Shown piece after piece: positions 9,500 through 19,002 of a DNA stretch of 64,000 bases. This stretch comes from an uncultured bacterium (GTDB lineage: Bacteria > UBP14 > UBA6098 > B30-G16): positions 1 to 64,000 of the forward strand of contig CBEVQY010000002.1 in assembly GCA_965552135.1 (NCBI GenBank). The letters run 5' to 3'. The notes under the pieces are model-generated. The model did not search any database and was not told the DNA's origin. It saw only the letters and a list, made by a program, of their open reading frames with translations. The first letter of the stretch is position 1; the number at the start of each line of letters is the position of its first letter. A program made the position numbers and the translations under genes.

Positions 9500-10135
9500 T
9501 CACCCCTCGCCGTAAATCCTGTACTCGACGATCTCCATAGTCTCGTCGAGGAGACCGTCTGTCTGGTCGAGGATTTCCTGCGTTTTGGTGGCGAGCCTTT
9601 CGGCGAACTCCTCGTCCTTTATGTTTGCGAGGTTAACGGCGACGTTAAACCATCCGCAGTAAAGCGCCGATTCTGCGAGCACGGCGGCGACGCCGGCGTC
9701 GGAGACGAGGTTTTTGTTGCCTATCTGCGCGATTCTGTGGGCGAGCTTAAGCGCCTCGGCGGCGTTCTCCATCGTCCTCAGGGGAACGTACGCCGCCTTC
9801 TGGAGCGCATGCTCCAGCGCCTCTTGGCGCAAAAGCTTTTGTTGCTCTGTGGCTTTCGGCATCTGCAGGGCGCCCATGACGTCGCTGAACGCCTCCGCGT
9901 CCTGCTCAACGAGCTCCTGGAAGTGCTTTCGCAGCTCCTCGCTGCGATCGAGGATCTCTCGAACTTCGTCCTCAACGTCGGCGTAGCGCTTTTTGCCGAG
10001 GGTGAGGTTCGACACCATCGACACCATCGAGCACGCGAGCGCTCCCGAAAGCGCTGCAACAGCGCCCCCGCCGGGCGCAGGCGCGCTTGAGGCAAGATCA
10101 TCCAAAAAGCCCGCAACCGTCCTCTCCAACATCAT
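9500..10135 (-). CDS. Formiminotetrahydrofolate cyclodeaminase / cyclohydrolase family
   Basis: LASSAPAPGGGAVAAL, D.EAF, GNKNLVSDAGVA, NVAVNL; start moved to ATG 10135. Confidence 0.88.
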   Translation of the reverse strand: MMLERTVAGFLDDLASSAPAPGGGAVAALSGALACSMVSMVSNLTLGKKRYADVEDEVREILDRSEELRKHFQELVEQDAEAFSDVMGALQMPKATEQQKLLRQEALEHALQKAAYVPLRTMENAAEALKLAHRIAQIGNKNLVSDAGVAAVLAESALYCGWFNVAVNLANIKDEEFAERLATKTQEILDQTDGLLDETMEIVEYRIYGEG

Positions 10136-10204
10136 ACAAATCCCCCCTCTCTGAAGCTCGACACCGCAATTAACTTCCTGCGCCAACATTCGCAAGAGGT
10201 TTTT

Positions 10205-11437
10205 CTAAGGTCCCCACAGGGTGTCGCGGAGGAAGCCCTCCTCGTCGCGGGGGTAGTACAGGTGGGCGAAAGGGTTGCATCTCTGCAGCCTGTCGGAGGT
10301 CATAAGCAGGGCGGCTACGGGATTTCTTGTTTCAAACGCAATTGTGGCGAAGCGCGAGCAACTGGGGTTGAACTGACAGCGCTGTGCGTCCTGCGTCGTT
10401 ATGTACTTGCCGTATGTCGCAAGCATCCACCTTGCCGCAACGCTTGCGCCGTTGTACCACCTCTGCTTCGGCGGCGCTTCGTCCTCGCACGACCCGCCCT
10501 CGGCGCCGCCCTCGCCCAAAAAGGCATCCATAAGCACCGACAAAACCTCGTCCTTGCGGGAAGCGTTAAACATCTCCGCCGCAGCGCCGGAGTTCACCAT
10601 GCCGCCGAAGTAGTACCTGTTCCACAGGAACAGGAAAAGGGTGGTCGCCTGGATGTACCTTTGCGCCAGAAGCTCGGAGAGCGTCAGGTATCCGAGGGCG
10701 CCGTTTAGGGCGAGGGAGTTCAGCGCGGCAGGTATGTTCCCCGCGTAAGCGAGCCCTGCGCCCGGCACAAGCCCCGAAAGCCACCTCGCCAAATACGGCG
10801 AGCGCTGCTCAAGCTTTTTTGCGTGCATATCGAGCCAGCGCAGGATGCCGTAGGCGCGCGGCGAGTAGTAGGGGTTTCTCACGTCCGACTCGCAGACCTT
10901 TGCGAAGTCGCTCCGCGCCGCGGAGAAATCGTGGTCCAAAAGCTTGAGCCACCCGCGCCAATACAGAACCTCGACGGACTGCTCGGGCGTGTTCCTCAGA
11001 AGATCCGACAGGATGAATGCGCCCTGCCTCGGTCCGCCGAGGACGACTTCCAAAAGGGCGCGCAAAAGCCTCGCCCGATAAGACACCTCCTTGTCGAGCG
11101 CGCGGTACCCGAGCCTGTCGAGGAGCTCTGCGGCTTCGTCGAAACGGCGCAGACGCATCAAACAAAGCGCCCGCTGGTAGGACGCGTAGTCCGACACGGG
11201 GTCCATTGGGAAGAGGCTCGCCACGCGGTCGTACTCGTCGGCTGCGTCGGAGTAAAGCCCCGCTTCGAACAGGAAGTCGGCGAACGCCACCTCGGAGGAC
11301 ATAGACGCGGGGTTTTCGAACGCCGGCAAGTCAAGCGCGCGCCAAAAGAAGTCCTCGCGCACATCGGCGGAAGCCCGCGCGAAAAGGCGCACACAAAGCG
11401 CCGCAAGCACCATCAAAATGACCGCCCTACCTCTCAT
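10205..11437 (-). CDS. TPR protein with hydrophobic helices and a C-terminal YidD-like domain
   Basis: Signal peptide, TPR-like helices, LSGLVPGAGLAY membrane segment, C-terminal CQFNPSCS...DRLQRCNPF. Confidence 0.65.
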   Translation of the reverse strand: MRGRAVILMVLAALCVRLFARASADVREDFFWRALDLPAFENPASMSSEVAFADFLFEAGLYSDAADEYDRVASLFPMDPVSDYASYQRALCLMRLRRFDEAAELLDRLGYRALDKEVSYRARLLRALLEVVLGGPRQGAFILSDLLRNTPEQSVEVLYWRGWLKLLDHDFSAARSDFAKVCESDVRNPYYSPRAYGILRWLDMHAKKLEQRSPYLARWLSGLVPGAGLAYAGNIPAALNSLALNGALGYLTLSELLAQRYIQATTLFLFLWNRYYFGGMVNSGAAAEMFNASRKDEVLSVLMDAFLGEGGAEGGSCEDEAPPKQRWYNGASVAARWMLATYGKYITTQDAQRCQFNPSCSRFATIAFETRNPVAALLMTSDRLQRCNPFAHLYYPRDEEGFLRDTLWGP

Positions 11438-12332
11438 ACCCGACCGATACTATGTACGACGTGCCCAACGCAGCAGAGAAGTTCGTCGCGGCGCCGACGG
11501 AAATCGAGCCGAACTTAGCCTGCGCGCCGGCGCAGAAGTTGCCATCCCTGGTGCCCACCGAAAAGCCCACAACCTCCCTCCACGAAGCCTTCACCCCGAA
11601 CCGCAGCGGACCGAAGCCGTCGTCGGGGCAAAAGCTCCCCTCTCCAGCCAAAGCAACCGCGACGTTTTTCGCGACGTCCAGACGATACCTTGCGCCCACG
11701 CAAAGCCTTGGCGCGGCAAGCTCGGTGACGCCATCGCTCCAGCGGAGCCAGAATACGGGCGCGTTCTCCACGACGGCGGAGAGCGCAAGCCCCCCGGAGT
11801 GCTCCCACATAACCGAAGCCCTCGCCGATGCGCCCCAGGCACCCACATCGGGAAGTTTTTTGCGCACAACCTCTACCGACGCCCCAAGCGAAAGATCACC
11901 CAACATCCGCCCGGCACCAAAGGCGAGCGCCGCGGTGTAGTGCGATGCCCTGCCCACGACCCGGGGTCGATTTTCGGCGGAGAGGGGCTTTTGCGGGTCG
12001 GCAAGCTCCGTCAGAAGCAGGTCGTCACCGCCGAGCACAAGCACAGCGAAGGACAGCCCGCAGCCGCCCCTTTTTGCGACAACGCCTGCCGTCGCAAAGT
12101 CCACAAGACCCGAGAAGAACCTTCCGCCGCCCGCGCAAAGCCTCAGATCACCTGCCCTCGCCGCAAAGGACGGATTCGTAAGCGCGGCAAAGCCGCCTGG
12201 GTCGACGACCGTTCTGATCCCGCCCATTGCAACGGCGGGCGCCCAGCCCGAAAGCGTAAGCTCATCCGACTGAAACGGCGCACAAAAAGCCAAACGCAAA
12301 ATGACGACTACGAAAATCACAAAAGCCATCAT
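11427..12332 (-). CDS. PorV/PorQ (UPF0164)-like outer-membrane beta-barrel protein
   Basis: Signal peptide, AVAMGG...NPS, alternating amphipathic strands, C-terminal SYIVSVGY. Confidence 0.6.
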   Translation of the reverse strand: MMAFVIFVVVILRLAFCAPFQSDELTLSGWAPAVAMGGIRTVVDPGGFAALTNPSFAARAGDLRLCAGGGRFFSGLVDFATAGVVAKRGGCGLSFAVLVLGGDDLLLTELADPQKPLSAENRPRVVGRASHYTAALAFGAGRMLGDLSLGASVEVVRKKLPDVGAWGASARASVMWEHSGGLALSAVVENAPVFWLRWSDGVTELAAPRLCVGARYRLDVAKNVAVALAGEGSFCPDDGFGPLRFGVKASWREVVGFSVGTRDGNFCAGAQAKFGSISVGAATNFSAALGTSYIVSVGYER

Positions 12333-12344
12333 CCCTCCCCAGGT

Positions 12345-12785
12345 CTAACGGATCCCTGTGCTTCCGAAGCCGCCCTCGCCCCTTTTTGTGGGCGAGAGCT
12401 TTTCGGTCGGGACGAGCCGAGCAGAAGCTACAGGCGCTAGTACCATCTGCGCGATTCTGTCGCCGTCGCGGATGACCACGGGCTCGTCGCCAAAGTTTGC
12501 CACGGGAACCTTGACCTCGCCCCTGTAGTCGGGATCGACGGTGCCGGGCGAGTTCAGAACAACAAGCCCCGTCCTTACGGCAAGACCGCTTCGGGGTCTT
12601 ATTTGAGCCTCGTATCCGCTGGGCACTTCTATTGCGAACCCGACGGGCACCAGGGCGCGCTGCCCGGGCTTGAGTACAAGCGGCTCGGGGAGCCTTGCGA
12701 AAAGATCAAACCCAACGGCGCCGGCGCTCATCCTGCGGGGAAGTTTTCCTCCATCAACAAGCTTTATGCGAACCTCAACGTCCAT
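12345..12785 (-). CDS. dut: dUTP diphosphatase
   Basis: AVGFDL, QIRPRSGLA, NSPGTVDPDYRGE, DRIAQ, RGEGGFGSTG; start at ATG 12785. Confidence 0.96.
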   Translation of the reverse strand: MDVEVRIKLVDGGKLPRRMSAGAVGFDLFARLPEPLVLKPGQRALVPVGFAIEVPSGYEAQIRPRSGLAVRTGLVVLNSPGTVDPDYRGEVKVPVANFGDEPVVIRDGDRIAQMVLAPVASARLVPTEKLSPTKRGEGGFGSTGIR

Positions 12786-12801
12786 AGCGCCTTCAGCGAA
12801 A

Positions 12802-13626
12802 TTACACCACCTCGATCCTCCCCCTGACGAGGGCAAGATCAAGGGCAGCTATGGCTATTCCGCAGCACTCCTCTGCGCTGCCCGCGATCCGCTCCACGCC
12901 TGCCACAAGAGTGGAGAGAACCTCGTCCGAGGTGATGACGACGATGATCCTGCACTCCTCGCTTCGAGCGGAGTAAAGGAACTCGGCAAAAAGGGGCATC
13001 TGCACGAGGACGCTTGAGAAGTTGCGCCCGTCTATTATCGCCGCTGCGCGCAGGTCAAGCTCCGCAAGATATTCGACTATGCTGTCGAAGTACTCCCTGT
13101 CCTCAACCATAATGAGCACCAGCTTGCCCCCGGGGGCGCCCTTGGGCTCGGGCTTGGGTCTCAGCTCCGCCGAGGCGAGGAACCTCTCGCAAAGCTCCTC
13201 TACGCTTTTGGACTTTGCAAGCGCTTTGCGCGTGTTCTCGTCCTTCAGCACATGCGAAAGCTGCGCCAAAAGCTGAAGGTGAGCCTTGGGCATCCCCTCG
13301 GGTCCCAGAAGGAGCGCGAAGATGTGAACCTTTCGCCCGTCGAGCGCATCGAAATCGACGCCCTTCTTTGAAACCGCGAGCAAAAGGACAAAATCCCCAA
13401 GCCCGGGGATCGCCGTGTGAGGGATGGCTAAACCCTCGCCTATCCCCGTGCTACCCTGCTTTTCGCGCTGCCAGAGCTTTTCGAAGACGACCTCCTCGTC
13501 GATGTCCCTAAGGGCTTGCGCGCGCTTAGCCAAACCCACAAGCTCGCGCAGAACGTCCTCCTTCTGCCGCGAACGCAGATCAACGGTGCAGCAGTCCCGA
13601 CAAAGAGCTTTGGTTATATCCCCCAT
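12802..13626 (-). CDS. PTS EIIA (Ntr/fructose-type) domain protein with an extra C-terminal domain
   Basis: REKQGSTGIGEGLAIPH (phospho-His), GVDFDALDG, HLQLLA; about 110-aa C-terminal alpha/beta extension; start ATG 13626 after GGAGG. Confidence 0.8.
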   Translation of the reverse strand: MGDITKALCRDCCTVDLRSRQKEDVLRELVGLAKRAQALRDIDEEVVFEKLWQREKQGSTGIGEGLAIPHTAIPGLGDFVLLLAVSKKGVDFDALDGRKVHIFALLLGPEGMPKAHLQLLAQLSHVLKDENTRKALAKSKSVEELCERFLASAELRPKPEPKGAPGGKLVLIMVEDREYFDSIVEYLAELDLRAAAIIDGRNFSSVLVQMPLFAEFLYSARSEECRIIVVITSDEVLSTLVAGVERIAGSAEECCGIAIAALDLALVRGRIEVV

Positions 13627-13641
13627 CGGCACCTCCAACCG

Positions 13642-14883
13642 CTATTTTGCTCCCTCCGAAAGCTGCGCCTTGCCTATCTCACCCGCCCTCTCGAGGGCTA
13701 TCTTGGTGAGGATAGGACCTATGATCTCGAAGAATATGCTCGTAACGGCGACGGTGGTTATGACAGCTTCTCCCACGGCGATCGCGTGGCTTGTTGCGAT
13801 AGCCGAAAGCCTTTGTTTTGCCACAAGCGAAAGACCGATGGCAACCCCCGCCTGCGACAAGATCCCAAGACCGAGGTATTTGCGTATTTTCGTCTCCATC
13901 CTGCCTATTGCGGCTCCGAGCTTGGCGCCGCCGATAAGACCGAGCGAGCGAAAGACGATGTAAATCACACCTATCATCCCAAGGCTTGGCAGCTGTCCAA
14001 GCTTTAGGTGCGCGCCGGCAAGAAAGAAGAAGAGGATGAATATTATCGGCATGATCGACTCGGTGATCCTTTCGCTTACCCTGTGCACAACCCTCTCGCG
14101 CCCTGTGTTGACGAAGACAAATCCCACGAGCATGTTTGTGAGGATGAGCGATATGTGCAGCGTGGTCGAAAGCCCGGTTATCAAAAGGACCGACCCGAAG
14201 ACAACGGTGAGGATGTAGCGCGGAGTTCGAATCCTCCTCATCATGAACCTGAACACAAACCCCCACACGACCCCTATAGCGAAGCTCAACCCAATTTCAC
14301 GTACAGGCTCCCAAAGCCCGGCGATGACGCTTTTTGTGCTCATTGCGGCTTCGTGCAGAAGCAGCCACCTTGCTGCCGCAGCGGCAAAGCCATAGATGAG
14401 TATCGCAAGCCCGTCGTCGAAGCCAACGACCGCGTAAAGCGCCTTTGTCAAGCTGCCCTTCGCCCTGTACTCCTGTATAACCGCCACCGTTCCCGCGGGA
14501 GCGCTGGCCGGCGCCATAGCGCCAAAAACAAGCGCAAGAGGAAGATCTCCCGTCCAGAGGTAGAGGGCAACCGTGACAGCGAAAAAAGCCATGAACGACT
14601 CGAAAAGAATGATGAGGATGATCCCCAAACCATACCGCCTAAGAAGCGACAAGTTAAGCTCCATCCCTATTGTGAGGGCTACGAAACCCAGCGCAATCTC
14701 GGTGACGAAGGTGAGGCTTTCCAAAAGCTCTTCGTGGAACAACCCGAGGACGGACGGTCCCAACACAACGCCTACGAGCATATACCACGTTATCGACGGC
14801 AGGCGAAGCTTTCGCGTCGCCTCGCCCAGATAGTAGCACACAAGCGTCGTCGCACCCACAAGCAGAAGATGGGATACCATCAC
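13642..14883 (-). CDS. Cation:proton antiporter (CPA family)
   Basis: Many TM helices; ASAPAGTVAVIQE, VVGFDD, QAGVAIGL. Confidence 0.88.
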   Translation of the reverse strand: MMVSHLLLVGATTLVCYYLGEATRKLRLPSITWYMLVGVVLGPSVLGLFHEELLESLTFVTEIALGFVALTIGMELNLSLLRRYGLGIILIILFESFMAFFAVTVALYLWTGDLPLALVFGAMAPASAPAGTVAVIQEYRAKGSLTKALYAVVGFDDGLAILIYGFAAAAARWLLLHEAAMSTKSVIAGLWEPVREIGLSFAIGVVWGFVFRFMMRRIRTPRYILTVVFGSVLLITGLSTTLHISLILTNMLVGFVFVNTGRERVVHRVSERITESIMPIIFILFFFLAGAHLKLGQLPSLGMIGVIYIVFRSLGLIGGAKLGAAIGRMETKIRKYLGLGILSQAGVAIGLSLVAKQRLSAIATSHAIAVGEAVITTVAVTSIFFEIIGPILTKIALERAGEIGKAQLSEGAK

Positions 14884-14995
14884 ACCCCCCGATAAAGAAA
14901 AAGCGCCTCAATCCTCCACAAAAATAAGCGCAAGTGGGCATTAGGCAATCGATTTTGCCGCAACCGAACCCGTAAAGCGGAGAACAAAAAGAGGG

Positions 14996-15024
14996 TTGTA
15001 AGTCAAGCCAGGAATGTGTATACT
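14996..15024 (+). promoter_or_regulatory. sigma70-like promoter for pilB
   Basis: TTGTAA-17 nt-TATACT in an AT-rich intergenic region; AGGAGGG RBS follows. Confidence 0.5.
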
Positions 15025-15051
15025 ATAAATTGATAGGCGAAGGAGGGTGAT

Positions 15052-16749
15052 ATGGCGCTTCGTTTAGGCGAGATGCTTATAAGGGCGGGCAAGATAACGA
15101 AGGAGCAGCTTGAGCAGGCGCTCGCCTTTCAAAAGGAGCACGGCGGCAAGCTGGGCGAAATCCTCCTCAAACTTGGGTTCATAAAGGACGAGAGCGTCAT
15201 CCAGGAGTTTCTCGCCAAGCAGCTCAACATAGGGACGATAAAGCTCGACGACCTCGAACTCGACCCGGATGTCGTAAACCTGATACCCGTCGACATTGCG
15301 CGCAAGTTCAACGTCATTGCGGCGATAAGGGTTGGCAAGATCCTCTTCGTCGCCACAAGCGACCCAACCAACGTCTTTGTTATGGATACCCTCAAGTTCG
15401 TCACCGGCTACGAGATCCAGCCCGTGATGGCTTCTGCCGAGTCGATTCAGAAGGCTTTGGACAAGTACTACGGCGGCGGTGAGTCCCTGGATGAGCTTGT
15501 GGAGGAGGTATCGGAGGATATGGAGATCGTCGAGGAGGAGGAAGAGACGATCTCCGACGCGGAGCTTCAGCGAGCTGTCCAGGACAAGCCGATAGTAAAG
15601 CTTGTGAACTCCATCATCCTCGATGCGATCAGGATGAAAGCCTCCGACATCCACATCGAGGTTTACGAGAAGCGCTTTCGCGTTCGCTACCGCATCGACG
15701 GCGTTTTGCGCGAGGTTCTGCAGCTGCCCTACGGTCTCAGGCATGCGGTAACCTCAAGAATCAAGATCCTCGCCAAGCTCAACATCTCCGAGCGCAGGCT
15801 CCCCCAGGACGGCAGGATAAAGATTCAAGCCTTCGGGCGCGCCATCGACCTGCGCGTGTCGATACTACCCTGCATATTCGGCGAAAAGATAGTTATGCGA
15901 ATCCTCGACCCGCAGAACCTTATGCTCGATATGACTAAGCTCGGCTTCCCGCCGAGAGCGCTTAAAGAGTTCAAAAAGGCTATACACATGCCCTTCGGGA
16001 TGATCCTTGTGACCGGTCCTACTGGCTCAGGTAAAACCACAACGCTTTATTCCGCCCTCCAGTCCCTCAACACGCCCGATGTTAACATAATGACCGCCGA
16101 GGACCCGGTCGAGTTCAACATCGACGGCATAAACCAGGTCCAGATGCACCCCGAGATAGGGCTTACCTTCGCCTCGGCGCTCAGGGCATTCCTGCGCCAG
16201 GACCCGAACATCATCCTCGTCGGTGAGATAAGAGACCAGGAGACAGCCGACATAGCCATAAAGGCAGCTCTCACGGGTCACTTAGTCTTCTCCACGCTCC
16301 ACACCAACGACGCCCCCTCGACGGTAACGCGACTTGTGGATATGGGCGTTCCGCCGTTTTTGGTTGCAAGCGCGGTTAGGCTCGTTATCGCTCAAAGGCT
16401 TTTGAGGAGAATATGCAACGACTGCAAGGAGGAATACGAGCCCGAGCCCGAAAAGCTCGAGATACTCGGAATAGACCCCGATGAGGTCAAGGAGAAGGGG
16501 CTTAAGTTCTATCGTGGTCGCGGCTGCCCCACGTGCGGCGGAACAGGTTACAAGGGTCGTATCGCCGTGTTCGAGGTGATGCCCATAACCCGCGAGCTTC
16601 AGAAGCTCATCATCGAAGGGGCGTCGGCGCTCGAGATCGAAGAGGTAGCCTCGCAGCAGGGAATGACGACGCTGAGACAGGAAGCGATAGCGAGGATGTT
16701 CGAGGGCATAACCACCATCGACCAGGTCATAACCGAGACGGCAGAGTAA
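15052..16749 (+). CDS. pilB: Type IV pilus assembly ATPase PilB (GspE family) with N-terminal MshEN motif
   Basis: RLGEML..G.I...QL..AL..Q, ASDIHIE, ERRLPQDGR, GPTGSGKT, LRQDPN, TGHLVFSTLHTN, two CxxC. Confidence 0.95.
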   Translation: MALRLGEMLIRAGKITKEQLEQALAFQKEHGGKLGEILLKLGFIKDESVIQEFLAKQLNIGTIKLDDLELDPDVVNLIPVDIARKFNVIAAIRVGKILFVATSDPTNVFVMDTLKFVTGYEIQPVMASAESIQKALDKYYGGGESLDELVEEVSEDMEIVEEEEETISDAELQRAVQDKPIVKLVNSIILDAIRMKASDIHIEVYEKRFRVRYRIDGVLREVLQLPYGLRHAVTSRIKILAKLNISERRLPQDGRIKIQAFGRAIDLRVSILPCIFGEKIVMRILDPQNLMLDMTKLGFPPRALKEFKKAIHMPFGMILVTGPTGSGKTTTLYSALQSLNTPDVNIMTAEDPVEFNIDGINQVQMHPEIGLTFASALRAFLRQDPNIILVGEIRDQETADIAIKAALTGHLVFSTLHTNDAPSTVTRLVDMGVPPFLVASAVRLVIAQRLLRRICNDCKEEYEPEPEKLEILGIDPDEVKEKGLKFYRGRGCPTCGGTGYKGRIAVFEVMPITRELQKLIIEGASALEIEEVASQQGMTTLRQEAIARMFEGITTIDQVITETAE

Positions 16750-16866
16750 TCTCGCACTCGCCATTAATACAAGCCCAAGCGACTGCGGCATGGGCAGGCT
16801 CGAGCAGGGCATAAGCTTGCTTGATGGTCGGCGGAGGGGCTTTGTGGAGAGTAAGTGGGGGGTTGT

Positions 16867-18987
16867 ATGTTGAGGCTTTGGGTCGTTTTTGCGTTGGCTG
16901 CGCCGCTTTGGTGCACAACTTCCCTGCCTCACACGGGGCTTGAGGTAGAGGCGAACTTCGCAGTAAAAACCCCCACCGACGCGTGGGATACACCCGCCGT
17001 CGTCTGCTCAACGCAAACGGGATGCGCAGACGTGATATTCGTCGTCGATACCTCGGGGAGCATGTCGGACAAAATCGACGAGCTCTACACCGAGATAGGC
17101 GAGTTCGCCTACGACCTCGAGGCTGAGGGATACGACGGCGCGTTCGGGATAGTTACCTTCGTCGATGACCTCAATCTTCCCGCCGGCGACACGCTGTTCC
17201 ACGACCCCGACGCCTTCTCGGACGTCATCGCCGCCCTCAACGGAGCCGAAGGTGGGTTCGAATGCCCCATCGACGCATCATACGCCGCAATAGACACGTA
17301 CTTCGTGCCTTCGCCGGACACGTGCGAAAAGGTCGTAATCTGCATCACCGACGAAACCGAGGAGGACAGCGACCACTCCCTCTCCGACCTCATAAGCATA
17401 GCCACCACAGGCGGCGACACGGTGAGGATCTACCTTGTGAGCCCCTCGGGGCACCCGATGGAGCCCGCCACATCTGCTACCGGTGGAAGGTGGTTCGACA
17501 TCGAAAGCTCAAGCCTTGGGGACGTCCTCGAGGCGGTGGCGGACGATATTGCGGAGTTCACCGCGGTAACGGTGACGATCCACAACAACACCGGAGGCGA
17601 CCTTTCGGACATAACGGTGGAGCTTAACCCCTTTTCGTGCATAACGCTCGACGTTCCGAGCGATTCTATCCAGCATACGGGTTTTGTCGCCAACGGCGAC
17701 TCGGCTGTGGTGAACTGGCCGATAACGGAGGTCGAGGGCTGCCACGGCTGCGAGGACTGCTTCACGATAACGATAAGCGCCGGAGCCTACACCGACACGC
17801 TTTTGGGCTGCCTTTTCGTGGAGGACTGCGGCTGCCCCGGCATCAACGCAACGGTCATCGAGCCAAGGCACTGCGACGTATACTCCGCGTGCGAGAGGAT
17901 CGTCTTCCAGTTCGATGGATGCTTCCCCGTCGACCCCAACAGCATCGTGATTTACGTCGGCGGTGAGTACATAAGCTATCCTGATCCCCGGCTTACGTTC
18001 AATCCCTCCGACCAGACGCTCGTTTACGTTCCCTCGACGCCCTGGGCGGAGGGGGAGACCGTGGAGTTTTTCGTTGCCGACGCCGCCGACGTGACCGGCT
18101 GCGGGCTCAGGTACAGCCAGCACTGCTCCATAACGGTCGACAGGACGCCGCCTGTGGTGAACGTGGTTTCGGGTTTTTCGCCGCCGTGCGAATCGACGAT
18201 AACGGAGTCGGACGTCATCCACGTCGAAGCCTTCGCCTACGACGAGGGCGCGGGGATGTCGGGCTTTATGCCGATGTACGCGGAGATAAGCTCGCCGTCG
18301 TGGCTTCTGCCCGTAACGGCGCTTCCCGGGCTTGGGCTTATGACGGTAACGCTCACCAACGGTATAGGGTGGCCACCGCCGTGTGAGGCGGACACAAACC
18401 TTACCGGAACCGACGGGTTCCCATTCGCCGACTTCCACGGATACCAGATCATCTGCGCCGACCTCGCGCCCCTCGGTGACTGCGACTGCGGCGAAGAACA
18501 GTACTTCTTCTCCTTCGACGTGCTCGCAGGAGACATACGGAACTTCTACGCCCCCATCGTTCCCGGGGAGATCACCATCTGCTTTTACACCTCCGACGCC
18601 GTTGACCCGGCCGACTGCGGTCCGAACGTCGATACGCTTTGCTGCACCTATTACTTCGAGGGTGGTTGTGCGCCTGCGCTTGCGGAGGTCGGCTGCCCCA
18701 GCCCGAACTGCTTCAGGCAAAGCTCGTGCAACCCGCAGCCCGTCTCGTTCACCATCGCCGACACCACCGGCAGAACGATCGACCACAGCCGCGTGTACTT
18801 CACCGTTGTGGTGTACCACGCCGGCGGCGGGAGCGACGTCTACCACATCACCGGCGCCGACGGCTCGGTTGCGTGGCTGGGCGACACCGCCGTCGTAAGC
18901 TGGTCCGCCGCCGACGGCGACTCCGTCGTCATCTCGCTCGACTCAATCTACACCACCGACGGATGCCTCACCGTCCCGTCCCCATAA
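16867..18987 (+). CDS. Secreted Cys-rich vWA-domain protein with Ig-like modules
   Basis: Signal peptide; DVIFVVDTSGSM (MIDAS DxSxS), ITDE, ATGGRWF; beta-rich acidic C-terminal half; no T9SS-type tail. Confidence 0.75.
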   Translation: MLRLWVVFALAAPLWCTTSLPHTGLEVEANFAVKTPTDAWDTPAVVCSTQTGCADVIFVVDTSGSMSDKIDELYTEIGEFAYDLEAEGYDGAFGIVTFVDDLNLPAGDTLFHDPDAFSDVIAALNGAEGGFECPIDASYAAIDTYFVPSPDTCEKVVICITDETEEDSDHSLSDLISIATTGGDTVRIYLVSPSGHPMEPATSATGGRWFDIESSSLGDVLEAVADDIAEFTAVTVTIHNNTGGDLSDITVELNPFSCITLDVPSDSIQHTGFVANGDSAVVNWPITEVEGCHGCEDCFTITISAGAYTDTLLGCLFVEDCGCPGINATVIEPRHCDVYSACERIVFQFDGCFPVDPNSIVIYVGGEYISYPDPRLTFNPSDQTLVYVPSTPWAEGETVEFFVADAADVTGCGLRYSQHCSITVDRTPPVVNVVSGFSPPCESTITESDVIHVEAFAYDEGAGMSGFMPMYAEISSPSWLLPVTALPGLGLMTVTLTNGIGWPPPCEADTNLTGTDGFPFADFHGYQIICADLAPLGDCDCGEEQYFFSFDVLAGDIRNFYAPIVPGEITICFYTSDAVDPADCGPNVDTLCCTYYFEGGCAPALAEVGCPSPNCFRQSSCNPQPVSFTIADTTGRTIDHSRVYFTVVVYHAGGGSDVYHITGADGSVAWLGDTAVVSWSAADGDSVVISLDSIYTTDGCLTVPSP

Positions 18988-19002
18988 GGGAGGAGATAGA
19001 AG

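Noticed and set aside
17509..18846. 445-aa minus-strand ORF
   Set aside because: Antisense to the vWA protein; no independent evidence
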